A DNA stretch of 64,000 bases from Azolla caroliniana. Its lineage: Eukaryota > Plantae > Polypodiophyta. The position numbers and the translations under genes were made by a program. Positions 25,787 through 38,531 of this stretch are shown piece after piece (the stretch's first letter is position 1; each line of letters begins with the position of its first letter). The notes beneath the pieces are model-generated. The model worked only from the letters and a program-made list of their open reading frames with translations. It was not told where the DNA came from and ran no database searches. The stretch spans positions 16,244,001 through 16,308,000 of the forward strand of contig JBHGNT010000016.1 in NCBI GenBank assembly GCA_043228905.1. Reading direction: 5' to 3'.

Positions 25787-28700
25787 TCTAAGAAAAGTTC
25801 AGAAGATAATGAGCTGGATTGACAACAGAGAACGAGAGAGAGTTTTCGAAGAATGTAGAACAAGGTAAGATATTATATTAAGACAGGTGTATGACAATGT
25901 AAGAACCTACAGAAAACTCTAGATGTATTATCACACACACTTCTAAACAATACTTCATACATATATATATACAAAGAAGTAACAACTAGTCGTTACTTCT
26001 TTGTAACTGTTGTTTTGTCTTTTTCTTATTGTCTTTTGTAACTCATGTTTTGTCTTTATCCTCATAACTCATGTTTTATCATTTGTGGTGTAAACAGATA
26101 ATCTTAACACCCCCCCATAGCTGTGACACCTCCAACTCATCTATTTGGATGAATACTTAATCCAATATGCTGGCAGCAACTCCAATGTTTTGTGTTGGGT
26201 ACTGGCTTGGTTAGAAAATCAACCCACATAGTTTGTGTTGAAGTATGTCCAATCGAGAGGTTAGATTCTTCAAGAAGTTTTGAGATGAAGTGATGTCGTG
26301 CGCGGATATGCTTGTTTTGCTCTGTGATCTTGGGGTCCTTAGTGATTTTGATGCAGGATTGGTTGTCACACCATAACTTGAATTCAGAAATTTTGAGGAT
26401 GGCAAGTTCATCAATGATGGACTTCAACCATAATCCTTCCTTAATAGTGAGAGTAGCTGCTATATATTCTGCTTCAGTGGAAGAGAGGGCGACAGTAGCT
26501 TGTTTCTTTGTTCGCCATGAAATGGCACTACCTGCAAATAGGAATACATAGCTAGAGGTGGATCGAGAGGTATCCTTGCCCCCCCCCCCCCCCCCCCCCC
26601 CAATCTGCATCCGTCCAACCATGTAGTGGTGTTGATAGCCAACCTTGGATATCTGAATGTTGGGCGTTAGAGTATGATGTGTAAGTGTCATATCCCTTGT
26701 GTACTTCAGATACCGTAATACTCTTTTAAGTGCTTTCCAATGGTTAACTCCTGGATTCTCCATGAATCTTGATAGGTATCCAGTGGCAAAAGATAAGTCG
26801 GGTCGAGTGCAGTTGACGAGGTATCGAATGCTCCCCAACACTTGGCGATACGGGATATTCTTCATAAAGTAAGTTTCTTCAGTTGTATGTGGTGAATCTT
26901 CAGATGATAATTTGCATGGTACTGTGAGGGGAGTGGAGATTGGAGAACACTCAAACACATCAAACTTGGTTAGTACATTTTCAACAAAGTTTTCTTGTCA
27001 TAGGGAGAGTGTACCTAGAGTTCGATTCCTTTTTACATGAATCCCAAGAAAATGTTCTAGTGGCCCAAGATGTTTGATAGGGAATTGTTGTCATAACTCT
27101 GCAATAAATTCCATTACCAAGTCGTCCAATGTTCCAGCAATAGGTAAATCATCCACAAAGACTCCCAAGAGTAAGAATTCTGTTTTTGTTTTCCTTATAT
27201 ATATATTAGGTTCCGATTGAAGTTATTGAAATTTGATTGATAAGAGGAACCTACGAAACTTGGCATACCATTGTCTAGGGGATTGTTTTAGGCCATATAA
27301 AGGTTTGTTAAGTTTACAACATAATTAGGGTCTATATTATTATCTAACATTTGGGGTTGTTCCACATATATATCTTCTTCTAAATCACCATGTAAAAACG
27401 TTGTTTCAACATCAACATGATGAAGTTCAAGATTTAAATATGTCGTAATTACAAGAATCAATCGAAGTGCAGTGATCTTTAGAGTGGGCGAAAAAGTTTC
27501 ATGGTAGTACACACCTGGTATTTGTGAGAATCCTCGAGCTACTAATCTCGCTTTGAACCTCACGGGCGTACCTAGGGCATCATATTCCTTTGTAAAAAAC
27601 CACTTACAAGTGATGACATTGGAGTGACAAGGCCGCGGTACTAATGTCCATGTGTGATTCTTTTGGAGTGCTGAGAATTCAGATTTAATTGCCGCAACCC
27701 AATTGTCTTTTTCTTCACTTTTTAATGCTTGCTTGAAGGTGAGAATTGGAGCTGTGTCATAGTTGTCTCCTTCGATGATGGCTGCAAAGATGGATATGTC
27801 GGACTCCATCTCTGTAACGAAGTGACATGTCGACTTTTCAAGCACCTCATGCTTAGTTGCATCATGGATATCACTAAGTAACCTTACCTTAGTCTTTTTA
27901 GCCCTAATTTCTTTGTCTTTTAAGGTTGTTTTGGAGAGGTTGCAGGTTTTTAGGCGGTCGAGATCCATATTCTCAAATCTGGAGCTTTGTTTTCTTGCAG
28001 TCATGGAGGATGCACAGGGTTGGATGTGGTTGCCACTCATATGCTCAGGTTCAAGGCTTCGAGTAATATATTGGGCAGTGGATTGATTGTTTCTTCCGAG
28101 GCTTTGGTCATACACTTGTTCACCTTCGGGGCTTTGAGCATTAGATTGGCAGACAAATTGACTACCAATTTTGAGATTTTGAGGATACTCTAAGGTGTAA
28201 GGTTGTAGATGACCTGAACTTGTATGTTCAGATTCACAATTTCGACATTCAGATGTTCAGGAAGAGTTGTTGGGTTGTTGGTGGTGCACGAGCACATCCT
28301 CAGGTTCGAGACTTCGAGTGGCTGATTTGGTGATCATAGGCTTGGTGGCGGTCTTCGCAACAGAGATTCCCAACCCCTCATCTTGAGTGGTTAAGATATG
28401 AGAATGAGGTAATTGGTTGAGTTTCTCTCATCTGTTTAGTTGTTGGCGCACCATGATTGTTGTGTAGTTCGGCGTTGATGATGTTCGTCCCATCATTTTC
28501 AGATTCCATTGCTATTGCTTGAGGAAGTCTTAACTTTGTGATTTCCTTGGTAAGGTGCTCACTCCCAGTTTCTTTCATTACATATGATGACCTAGAAAAA
28601 AGACTTTTCTCATCAAACTCCACGGAACGACTAAAAATTATTTTACCTATATCGGGAAGGTAAATTCTGTATGCTTTTACTCCAGATGGCTCCCCATATC

Positions 28701-31308
28701 CAATAAATTTTCCTTTGATGCATTGATCCTCAAGTTTTGTCCTCTTGGCAGGTTGTATGTATGCAAATGCAGTTGCTCCAAATACTCGAAGATGTGATAT
28801 CTCAAGTGGGTACCCACACCACATGGTGTATGGCACTTGTCCTTCTATACCTTGGTGAGGAGTTCTGTTTTGTAGGTAACAAGTTGTGGCAACTGCTTCT
28901 TCCCAGAATCTCGAGACCATTCCACTCGTCTTCAACATACTCCTAGCAGCATTTAATAAGGTGCGATTCTTTCTCTCGGCTATCCCATTTTGTTGAGGTG
29001 TGTAGACAGTTGACTTTTGATGAAATATACCATTTTTTTTGTTAAAGTCTTCCCATTCTTATGAAACAAACTCCCCACCATTGTCACTTCTTATTACATT
29101 TACTTTAAGTTGTGTTTGATTTTCAACAAAGCTCTTATATGTGCAAAATGCTTTGAATGCATTTCCCTTTTGTTTAAGAAAGTTAACCACTGTAAATCAC
29201 GAAGTGTTATCAATAAATGTTATAAAGTACCTTGCTCTGGAGAGTGAGTTGGGAGTTATCGGTCCACATACATCCATGTGAACAAGTTGGAGTAGTTCCT
29301 GTCTTTGAGTTACTTAGTGGGAATGATTTTTGAGCCATTTTCCCATACATGCATCCTTCGCAAATATCAATAGATTTAAAGATTGTGGAAGGTAAACCTC
29401 TTACTAGGTTCTGATTTGGACACAACTTGAGTGTTGGTGTATGTAGATGACCGAACCGGCAATGCCATAGATAGGTGGGAGACACATTGTCTACTCCTCC
29501 TTGATGTACTTTAGCAGCTAATGCTTCTCCAAGATTTGCCTTGACAGGATATAGTTGCCCTTGTTTTGGACATACAATTTTTATCTCATGTTGATCATCT
29601 TGGATGTATAGGGTAGCTTGTTGTTTGTTGAATTTGACTGTCATTCCTTTTGCAGTAGCTTGTCCCACAAATAATAGATGTTTTGCAATTCCAAGTACAA
29701 AGCATATATCTGAAATTTGTACAACATGATTACTAATGAGTCTTAATTTGATATTACCTTTCCCAAACGCCACTTTTTGACCTTTTTCTCTGAAGTTGAC
29801 CTTCAATGGTATTGGGAGCTCTTGATAGTTGTCCAACCAGTCTTTTCGATATGTTAGATGGTGAGTAGCCCCGGTATCCAAGAACCAGGTGCTATTATCT
29901 TCATTTTCTTCAAATGTGTTTGCATTATATGCTTGAATCTACTCTTCTTTATCAGGCTCACCATTTTGTTCAGGTGCTTCTTCAAAAGAGTATTCTGGAT
30001 TTCCATCATCTTCTTCTTGGATAACCACATTATGTGCCTGGGGTCGGTTGGAGTTCTTCTCTGCTTGCTTGAGGCGACATACTCGATCAGTATGCCCTTC
30101 CTTCTTGCAATATCTACAGATGATTCTAAAGCTTCCATTTTGTCGTGAGTTGTTCCCATAGTATTTTTGTGCTTCACTCTTGATGCATGTTTTGTTATTA
30201 TTAGATTCATTATTTCTTACTTTTTCAGGTCTGTACCTTTGTTGGTTTGCTGGATGACCTCTTTGGAATCGATTGATGGAGACTGCCATTTCAATCGGTT
30301 GAGCATTATTCTTCTTTTGTTGTCGAATGTCTTCATGACGGATCTTAGTAAATAGCTCAGACAATGTTGTTGTGCTACTATGCATAGTGATGAATGTTCC
30401 CCAAGATTCGGGGAGTTTGCTTAGCACTAATCCAATCTTGATGTCTTCTGAGATGCAGTTGCCGGCGGTAGTTGCATCATCCATGGCTGCCTCCCAAGTT
30501 GATAAGAAGGTAGGAACATCTTCTTCTTCCTATAAAACACACATATTAAACAGGGTAGCTAAGGTGTGCAGTTCAGTTGTACCATCTTGAGGTTCGTATA
30601 GTTCCTTCAGTTTTGCCCACATTGCAGTTGCAGATGTGAGTTTTCGAATAATTTTTGACTGCTTTTCATCTACATTTAACATTATCTCTAGTCTAGCTCT
30701 TTTATCCAGCTTTCGCCACTCATGCCATTCATCTGACTCTCGTTTTATAGGTTCTGGACTAGCGCCAGTTGTGTTGCCGAGGAGCTCCTCAACATCAAGT
30801 AGCAGCTCCATTCGAGTCTTCCAGGTTTTGTAGTTTTTCTCCGTTAATTTGTCCAAGGTATATTTTCTGCTTGAGCTTGCCATAGTGATAGTATTGAGAT
30901 TTGTTTATTTCAAACAATCTGTGGTGAGTTTTGTTGGTTATAGGGGAGTATGAGACTTAAATCATGCAACTAAGCTCTGATACCATGTAAGAAAAGTTCA
31001 AAAGATAATGGGCTGGATTGACAACAGAGAACGAGAGAGAGTTTTCAAAGAATGTAGAACAAGGTAAGATATTATATTAAGACAGGTGTATTACAATGTA
31101 AGAACCTACAGAAAACTCTAGATGTAGTATCACACACACTTCTAAACAATACTTCATACATATATATATACAAAGAAGTAACAACTAGCCGTTACTTCTT
31201 TCTAACTGTTGTTTTGTCTTTTTCTTATTGTCTTTTGTAACTCATGTTTTGTCTTTATCCTCATAATTCATGTTTTATCATTTGTGGTGTAAACAGGTAA
31301 TCTTAACA
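25787..31308 (-). mobile_element. Full-length Ty1/copia inserted in exon 1 of the RLK pseudogene (LTRs 25787-26109 and 30986-31308)
   Basis: Perfect TSD GTGTA at 25782-25786 and 31309-31313; two 323-bp LTRs with ~10 differences; PBS TGGTATCAGAGC 30974-30985; G-run PPT at 26110; gag-PR-INT-RT-RH fragments. Confidence 0.96.
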
Positions 31309-32706
31309 GTGTAGAGTCGGTAGGGAGTGTAGCGTTAGTGAAGAGGACCATGTTTCCCTCATAGGTAATGGTCAAGGATGCATTGATATGACCAAACGTA
31401 TTTGTCTGCCATACCACGTTATCCAACGGGTTCCTGTTGTAATCCACGAGCCTGAGATTGCTATCGTCAGGACTAAGATGGAGGCAGGAATTCTCGCCCA
31501 CAGGGTTGTCGGCATTGGCCGTCCACACGACTTTCCCTTTGTTCGCGTCCTGAGACGCCTTCCCGTAGGCTTTGAAGGCGACGAGGGAGAGGTAGTAGGA
31601 AGGGGTGCTGGCAGTGCTCCTGTTGCAGAGCTCGTCCGCAGAGATGACGAACCGGAGCGTAAAGTAGACAGAGTTGGAGGTATCAAGGTGTTCCGAATAA
31701 ATGCCAGTTGGGCGACCGTATAGCCTCTCCTGGCTACTCAATGCTTCCAGAAGGGGTCCGTTGTTGCAGGAGAAAATCGTGGATGTGGAGAATAATTTCT
31801 GATAGAGTGAGAAGTAGCCGAGATCATTGGCGGAGTAGGAGAAGAGGCTGTTGTTGACGTTGGAAGAGGGGAACTGGTGGGTCTCGGTAGCAACAACGTG
31901 AGGGATAGATGATGCTGTTATGGTCGTTAATAATATAAGAAAAGACGTGGCCGTGATGCAGCAGCAGCACCAGGAGAATGCCCTCCAAACGACATGAATT
32001 GAATGATTATCCAGCCGTTTCATCATCTTACTGCTTTTATCACACACATGTTTAACGGTCTGCCTTCTATGTGCATGCGTGCCCCCCATGTGGTGTGTCT
32101 CTATATGTACAGAACCCTCGAATTTGAGTTGATATGGCACTCCAATGTAAGAGGATGGACGACCTGTCCATGGACACGAAAGTTATACAAGGGAAGACTT
32201 TTCCTTCTCTTGTCGCTGTTCCTTCTACGTTCACTAAATTAAGAGAAGATGATGAAATAGATTAAGCCAACATTTTGTTCATCGTTAAATCAAACTTGCA
32301 GTTTGCTTTTGTTTATGAGCATTGACTTTCGAGAATGTTATTGAGTACTCTAAGACTATTCTACCACTATCCTGAAATAAAAGGGTGGAGTAGATGTTGC
32401 TTCTACTTTATGTCATGTTTGAAAATGTTGACAAAGACAAAATGGCAGCCAAGAATAATGCTACATCTTTGTACCCACTTGCTTTTTGGTATTGAAATTC
32501 TTTTTGAAAGGAAGATAAGAATTTCAAAGGAAGATAGGCCCCGGGACAAAAAGACCCTATGAAGCTTCCATTATACTCTCTTCTTTATCTTCTTTTTCTC
32601 TCTAATTTGGTTGTTTGTTGAAGAGTTAGGTGTTGTAAGCTTCATAGTCTTACAAAACTACAATATTCATAACATTGAATTTTGAAATAGGAGATTGGCT
32701 TAAAAA

Positions 32707-32889
32707 ACTATACGATTCCAACATTGTCTTTGGGAAATATTCGAGATGCCTTAAAAGAACTATCCTATCCCAATCATTGACTTAGGGAAATATTCGAGAT
32801 GCCTTAAAATAACTATCCCATCCCAATCATTTACTTAAGGAAAATTTCGAGATGCCTTACAAGAACTATCCTATCCCAATCATTGACTT
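32707..32889. repeat. 53-bp minisatellite (~3.5 units) upstream of the RLK pseudogene
   Basis: ACTATCCTATCCCAATCATTGACTTAGGGAAATATTCGAGATGCCTTAAAAGA-type units. Confidence 0.92.
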
Positions 32890-32991
32890 TTGCAATAAGA
32901 GATAGCTTTCACATTTAATGAAGACAATACCTTAGATATTGCATTCTCTTTTGGGATTATTACTAGATTCAATGTCACTTGTTACTCTATT

Positions 32992-35900
32992 TGTAAAGAA
33001 TCGGGTATGATTCTTGTGTAGCGGAAGAGATGTGTGTTATGTGTGTATGTGTGAGAGTAAAGAGAGAGGAGAAGAGGAACACAAGATATATTAGATGAGA
33101 GGAAAATAGATTACTCAAGAAGAATATGTATATTTGGACAAGTACAATAACAATTATAAAATGTAGCATAGTAAGGAGTTACAACCGACTTAGTATAAAG
33201 TAGGAGGGTGCTTTATATAAGGTCACCCTCTCTCTTCATTTACTCACTACAATATCCACACTCTCACTAGAACCTTGAGGAATGTGAAGACTTAAAGTCA
33301 TGGGGAATGTGGAACTCATTAGTTATGTGCCATAGAATATGATTCTATGACACATAGTTAATGTGTAGCGAGTAATGGTGTGACTCTTCACCTTTGAGTA
33401 ATCACAGATTCTCAAAAGGTGTGTCCACATGTTGATCTATGTTGAGCTTGATTCTCAACACGCCCACGCAAGCTGAACTCGGGCCGGTTCCTTTCGATTG
33501 ATGTCCGCTTCGCTGGTATCCGGTTCAGACGATCTCGATTGTCCGCTTCGGCTTGTACCCGGTTCGGTTGGTATGCGCTTCTCTCTTGTACTACCCCTCA
33601 AGCTAGGCAAGTCAGGGATCGTCAATCCAAGGTCTGACATGAATTGTGGAAGCTTGTCGGCTCCTAGCCTAGGGCTTTCGAGAAGATGTCGGTCGTTTGA
33701 AGGTTCGTGTTGATATGTAGAAGGTCGACATCTCGGGCTTGAACACACTCCTGAATGAAGTGATAGTGCACTTCGATTAGCTTTGTGTGTGCGTGGAACA
33801 CCGGGTTCTGAGCCAGATAAAAACTGCTCATGTTGTCGCAGTAAAGGGGAGTCAGATCTTTGATGGGAACACCGAGATCCTTCAAAATCCTCTTGAGTGA
33901 TAGCGCTTCACATGCAACTACGGTTGCGCCCCAGTATTCCGCCTCCGTACTCGAAAGAGCGATGATAGGTTGCTTCTTGCTACCCCACGAAATTGCTCCG
34001 CTACTGAGGGAGAAGATGGATACGGAGGTCGATCGTTGATCGGCTTTGTAGCCTGCCCAATCCGCACCGTGTATCCTTCGAGTCGTATTGGTGTGACTGA
34101 TTTGTAGAGAATGCTGCAATCCATTGTTCCACTCACATATCGTAACATTCGTGTAGTGCATTCGAAATGAATATCTCGCGGAGTTTGCATGAATTGGCTA
34201 AGGAGTCCAACTGGATAACTGAGGTCGGGTCGTGTGATCATAAGATAGATGACACTCCCGATCAATTGTCGATATTGAGTTCGCACTCGTTCGTGCCAGA
34301 GTCAGCATCTAGTTTGAGGTTTCTATCGAGAGGTGTAGCGATTGATTTGCACTCCGTCATCCCAAACTTGTATAACATGTTCACAATGTAGTGTCGTTGT
34401 GAGATCATAATGCCGGCCGGATTCTGAATTACCTCGATGCCTAGGAAGTAGTGTAGCTCCTTCATATCCGTCATCTCGAATTTCTTGGAGAGGAGGGACT
34501 TCACCTTGTTGATGTCGACTAAATGCTCACCTCCAATAACCAGATCATCCACATATAGGATGGTGACAATCAGGCATTTAGACTCATTTCGTACGTAGAG
34601 GGATTTGTCGGATTTCGACATTCAAAAGCCGATTTGATGAAGATATTGCGTAATCTTCGAATGCCAAGCACATGATGCTTGCTTGAGGCCATAGAGCAGC
34701 TTCTTCAATTCACATACGGCTTTCGGGTGAATGTTGGATTCGAAGCCGGGTGGTTGAACCATGTACACCTCCTCTTCCAAGTCACCTTGAAGAAAGACGT
34801 TCTTTATGCCCATTTGGTGGAGGTGCCACCCTTTCGCCGCTGCAAGTGCGATCACGGTCTGCACAGTCGCCATCTTTGCCACCGGGGCAAAGGTCTATTC
34901 GTAGTCGACTCCATGTGTTTGCACGTATCCTTTCGCTACGAGTCGAGCTTTGTAACGATTGACGGGGCCGTTGGCATTATACTTCACTTTGTAGATCCAT
35001 TTGCATCCGATCACCTTCCTGTGCTGTGAGTGGGGAACGAGATCCCATGTATTGTTCTTGCATAGTGCACACATCTCCTCGTTCATTACTTCAATCCATC
35101 ACAGCTTTGGAAAAGGTTTCCAGCTCTCGTACTACTGCGACCTTCATCATAAAGGCGTAATGATACGCCATGTACTCATCGTAGCTGAATTGGCTTACGA
35201 GGTTCTTTTCACGACTGGATCGGGGGAGCTTCTCGTTTGCGGATTCTAAGGCTTTCTTCACTACATTTGTTTGGATGTCAAGGCCTTCGAACTCACTATC
35301 GAGGGAATGAGTCGATTCATTGCCATCAAAATGAACGTCTTCATACTTCGGCATTTTAGCCTTCCCTTTGTCTAGCTTCAGACTTGGTTGAGATGTGTTT
35401 TGATCACTCGAAGGCTCTTGTGGTCCGCTCAGTCGGGTTGTGATCGGACTTTCTTCGAATATGCGCCTGATGCGATCTTCATCTTCTATCTCTTCTTCGG
35501 TGGATTCCGGGTCGAGCTGAATCGTAGTCGTAGTTGTTTTTGGAGCGTACCAAGATGCGGACTCGTCGAAGACTACATCTCGACTCACTCGAACCTTCTG
35601 AGTTGAGGGGTTATAGCATTTGTAGCCCTGTTGGTCCAATGAGTATCCTATGATGATACATTTGTCCGACTTCGGATTGAGCTTTTGACGCTTCTCGTCA
35701 AGGATGTGCACGTACGCAATGGAGCCAAATATCCGAACATGCGATAGATCCAACTTCTTTCCATAGAACTTCTCGTGGGTCGTGAGTTCATGCACGCCGG
35801 ATGTCGTACACCGATTCATGAGATAGAAGGTCGTGTTAGCCGCTTCTGCCCAATACGATTTCGGCATATGCTTTTCGTTAAGCATAGCTTGTGGCACTTC

Positions 35901-36810
35901 AAGGATGTGTCGATTCTTGCGTTTAGCTACTCCATTTTGTTGTGGCATATGTTGACACGAAAACTCTCGCCGAATCACTTCTTTTCGAAGATACGCCGTA
36001 AACTCATCCGAGAAATATTCCTTGCCTCCATCCGATCGAAGGCATCGTACATGTCGACTCGTGGCTTTTTTGACTCCACTCTTGAATGTTTGGAAGTGTC
36101 TGAACACTTCGCTCTTTTATCGCATCGGGTAGATCCAAGTGTGCCTTGAGAAGTCGTCGATGAAGGTTACATTAGTTCTGCATCTTCCGAATGTCATCAT
36201 TTGGGCCAGTCCCCATACATCGAAATGAATTACGTCGAGTATGCCTTTGCTCACATTCCTCTCCTTCGGAAATGGCTGTCGATGTTGGTTGCCGAATTGG
36301 CACGCCGCACATACACCTTCAATCTCCTGCTCTTTGAAGGTCGGGAGTCCGATGACGACTCCTTTAGATTGCATTGCCTTGAGCTTTTGAAGGTTTATAT
36401 GGCCAATCCGCTTCTGCCATAGCTCTATGTCGGTGTCGGTTTGTGGTCCTTTGCGTACATGACCGATTTCACCTCGTTTGACTCGAGGATAAACATTCGA
36501 CCTTCTTTTCGACCCGGAGCGATGAGTCAACCTTCCTTCTCGATGAAGCAACCACCTTTGTTGAATCGAACTTGCATCCCTTGCTCCACAATTTGGCCGA
36601 CCGAGACCAAATTCTTCGTTATGGTGGGTACATGTAATACATTTTTTATGCAAGTTTCTTCGCCGTCTTTCCCGAATGGGACATTCTAGACATGCCAAAT
36701 CGGATGAGTGGTGTAGTCTTCGGTCTCGACATAACTGGGTCAATCCGGCTCTCGCAAGTCTCGGAACCACTCTTGATGGGACGTCATATGGTTTGAAGCA
36801 CCGGAGTTGA
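32992..36810 (-). mobile_element. Ty1/copia family B, 5'-truncated (protease to RNase H, 3' LTR 32992-33460)
   Basis: SGASNHMT protease, LRSDGGKEY integrase, YVDDL RT; absent at the paralogous site ~43192. Confidence 0.92.
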
Positions 36811-37280
36811 CTCAATTCTCCTTAATGCCTTTTTGGAAATTTGTTGGTGGCAGTATCTATGTCCATTGCATTGCATAATGATTCCTCCGCGCTCATATAA
36901 GTTGCAAAGAGTTGAATCTGATATGGCCGTCGGAGACAAATTGATTGTTGATTGTAGGTCGCATCCATTGGTCACAGTTTGAATTCCAAACGCCGAGATA
37001 GGGCATCAACTTTACCATGTTGGGAATTAGGATGAAAAACAATTTCAAAGTCATAATCAGCTAGGAAGGTGAACCATTGTGCTTGGCTCCGGTTCAAAAT
37101 GTGAATAGTGGTGAAATTGACGAGCTTCTTGTGATCGGTCACCATCTAGACACGATGTTGAGTGCCCGCCAAGTAAGGACGACATTTTTAAAAGGCGGCA
37201 ACAATGGCAAAGAGTTCTTTCTAGTATACTAGGTAGCTGATCTCGAGGGGGGGGGTGAACTTCTAGGGGGGTATGATATG
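36811..37280 (-). mobile_element. Old Ty3/gypsy (chromovirus-like) RNase H remnant, duplicate of ~44250-44700
   Basis: Collinear nucleotide similarity with the 44250-44700 block; DHKKL/DHKNL-type motif. Confidence 0.7.
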
Positions 37281-37419
37281 CGTCGACTGTTGCCGTGAAG
37301 TATTCTGAAGTCATGAGCTCGATCCTAACGGAAGCTGCTTGGTGTGGTGTGTCTGTGAAACTTGAAGGAAATCATTTGCAAATGATTCAGCAAGTGCCAC
37401 CTACGTAGTAGAAGGTTGA

Positions 37420-37883
37420 TGTTGTGAATCAAGCTCAACCTAGCCTTCGAGAATCTATGAGCACTCAAAGGTCAAAAGTCACACCAATACTCTCTACACA
37501 TTAACTATGTGTGATATAACTAATGAGTTCCCTATTCCCCATGAGTAATGAGTCTTGACATTCCCAAGAGAGAGTGGTTGTTGTAGTGAGCTAATGAAGA
37601 GAGAGGGTGACCTTATATAAAGCACCCTCCGCTTACTTCATATATGTTGATTGTTGCTCCTTGTAATGCTACATTTTTGTATCTCATATTCTCTTTGTTA
37701 ATATACACCTTCTTCTTGAGTACTTTATGTTTTTTTTATCTATCTTGTGTCTCTCTTCTCTTCTCTCCTCTCCTCTTCACACACACACACACACACACAT
37801 ACAACACACATCTCTTCCGTTGCATAGAATCATATCCAATTTTTTACATGGTATATTAGATCGATTTGGTAACTCGAACTAGC
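37420..37883 (+). mobile_element. Copia family B 5' LTR (37420-37848) plus PBS, truncated; duplicate of the 45087 insertion
   Basis: TGTTGTGAATCAAGCTCAAC...TTTACA followed by TGGTAT; left flank matches the flank at 45010-45086. Confidence 0.88.
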
Positions 37884-38531
37884 GTAGATCGAGTGGACAA
37901 CCACAACGTGAATGCCATACTAGCATTTTGTTATCAAAGGTATCTTTGAATTCATGATACTTGGTTGGAATTTAGGTATCATATCTTTGTGGACTATGCG
38001 ATGATGGCATTGTTACTACCCTAAATATAAACATTTGTTTACTATTGGTGAACCAACCCCTTCTTCCTTTTGCACAGTGCTTTCTTGCTTCTCTCATATT
38101 GCAAACCTATCTTATTGAGGATCTACTACACTTAATATATCAAATTAGACTTTTGGCTTATTTACAATTGCTCAAAATTTGGTTGTTTTAAACATTCATT
38201 GGATTTCATTATTTGTGTCTCCTTTTCTATGTTCTTGTTGGATATTCATTCAAAACTCAAAGATGTACACCTATTTATATTCAATGACGCAAAACAAGTT
38301 GATATTCAAAGTGCAAGATACACTTATATTGGAAGGCACAAAATAATTTTGTATGCAAATGCTTTTTATAGAGGAAAGAGATTCAATTCAACGTTTCTTA
38401 GGTTCTGCAAACTGAATGAGCACTTTTAATCCATGGATATTGGAACAAGAAGATTTTTACAATTATTATTACACATGAGAAAATAATCACTAGTCTTGTC
38501 GACTGGTTTATGAGAATCATATTTTTACTAC

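Larger units (their letters stand above)
18188..32026 (-). pseudogene. G-type lectin S-receptor-like Ser/Thr kinase pseudogene, paralog of 38532-41855
   Basis: Segments 31309-32026, 25466-25786, intron 25357-25465 (GTTAGT..CAG), 25263-25356 and 18188-19404 are collinear with the intact gene; GAA>TAA at 18710-18712; two copia insertions; 105-bp and 645-bp deletions. Confidence 0.93.

Noticed and set aside
37911-38011. Short nested inverted repeats (AATGCCAT..ATGGCATT) near the duplication junction
   Set aside because: Arms of only 6-8 bp in AT-rich DNA, with no TSD and no second copy
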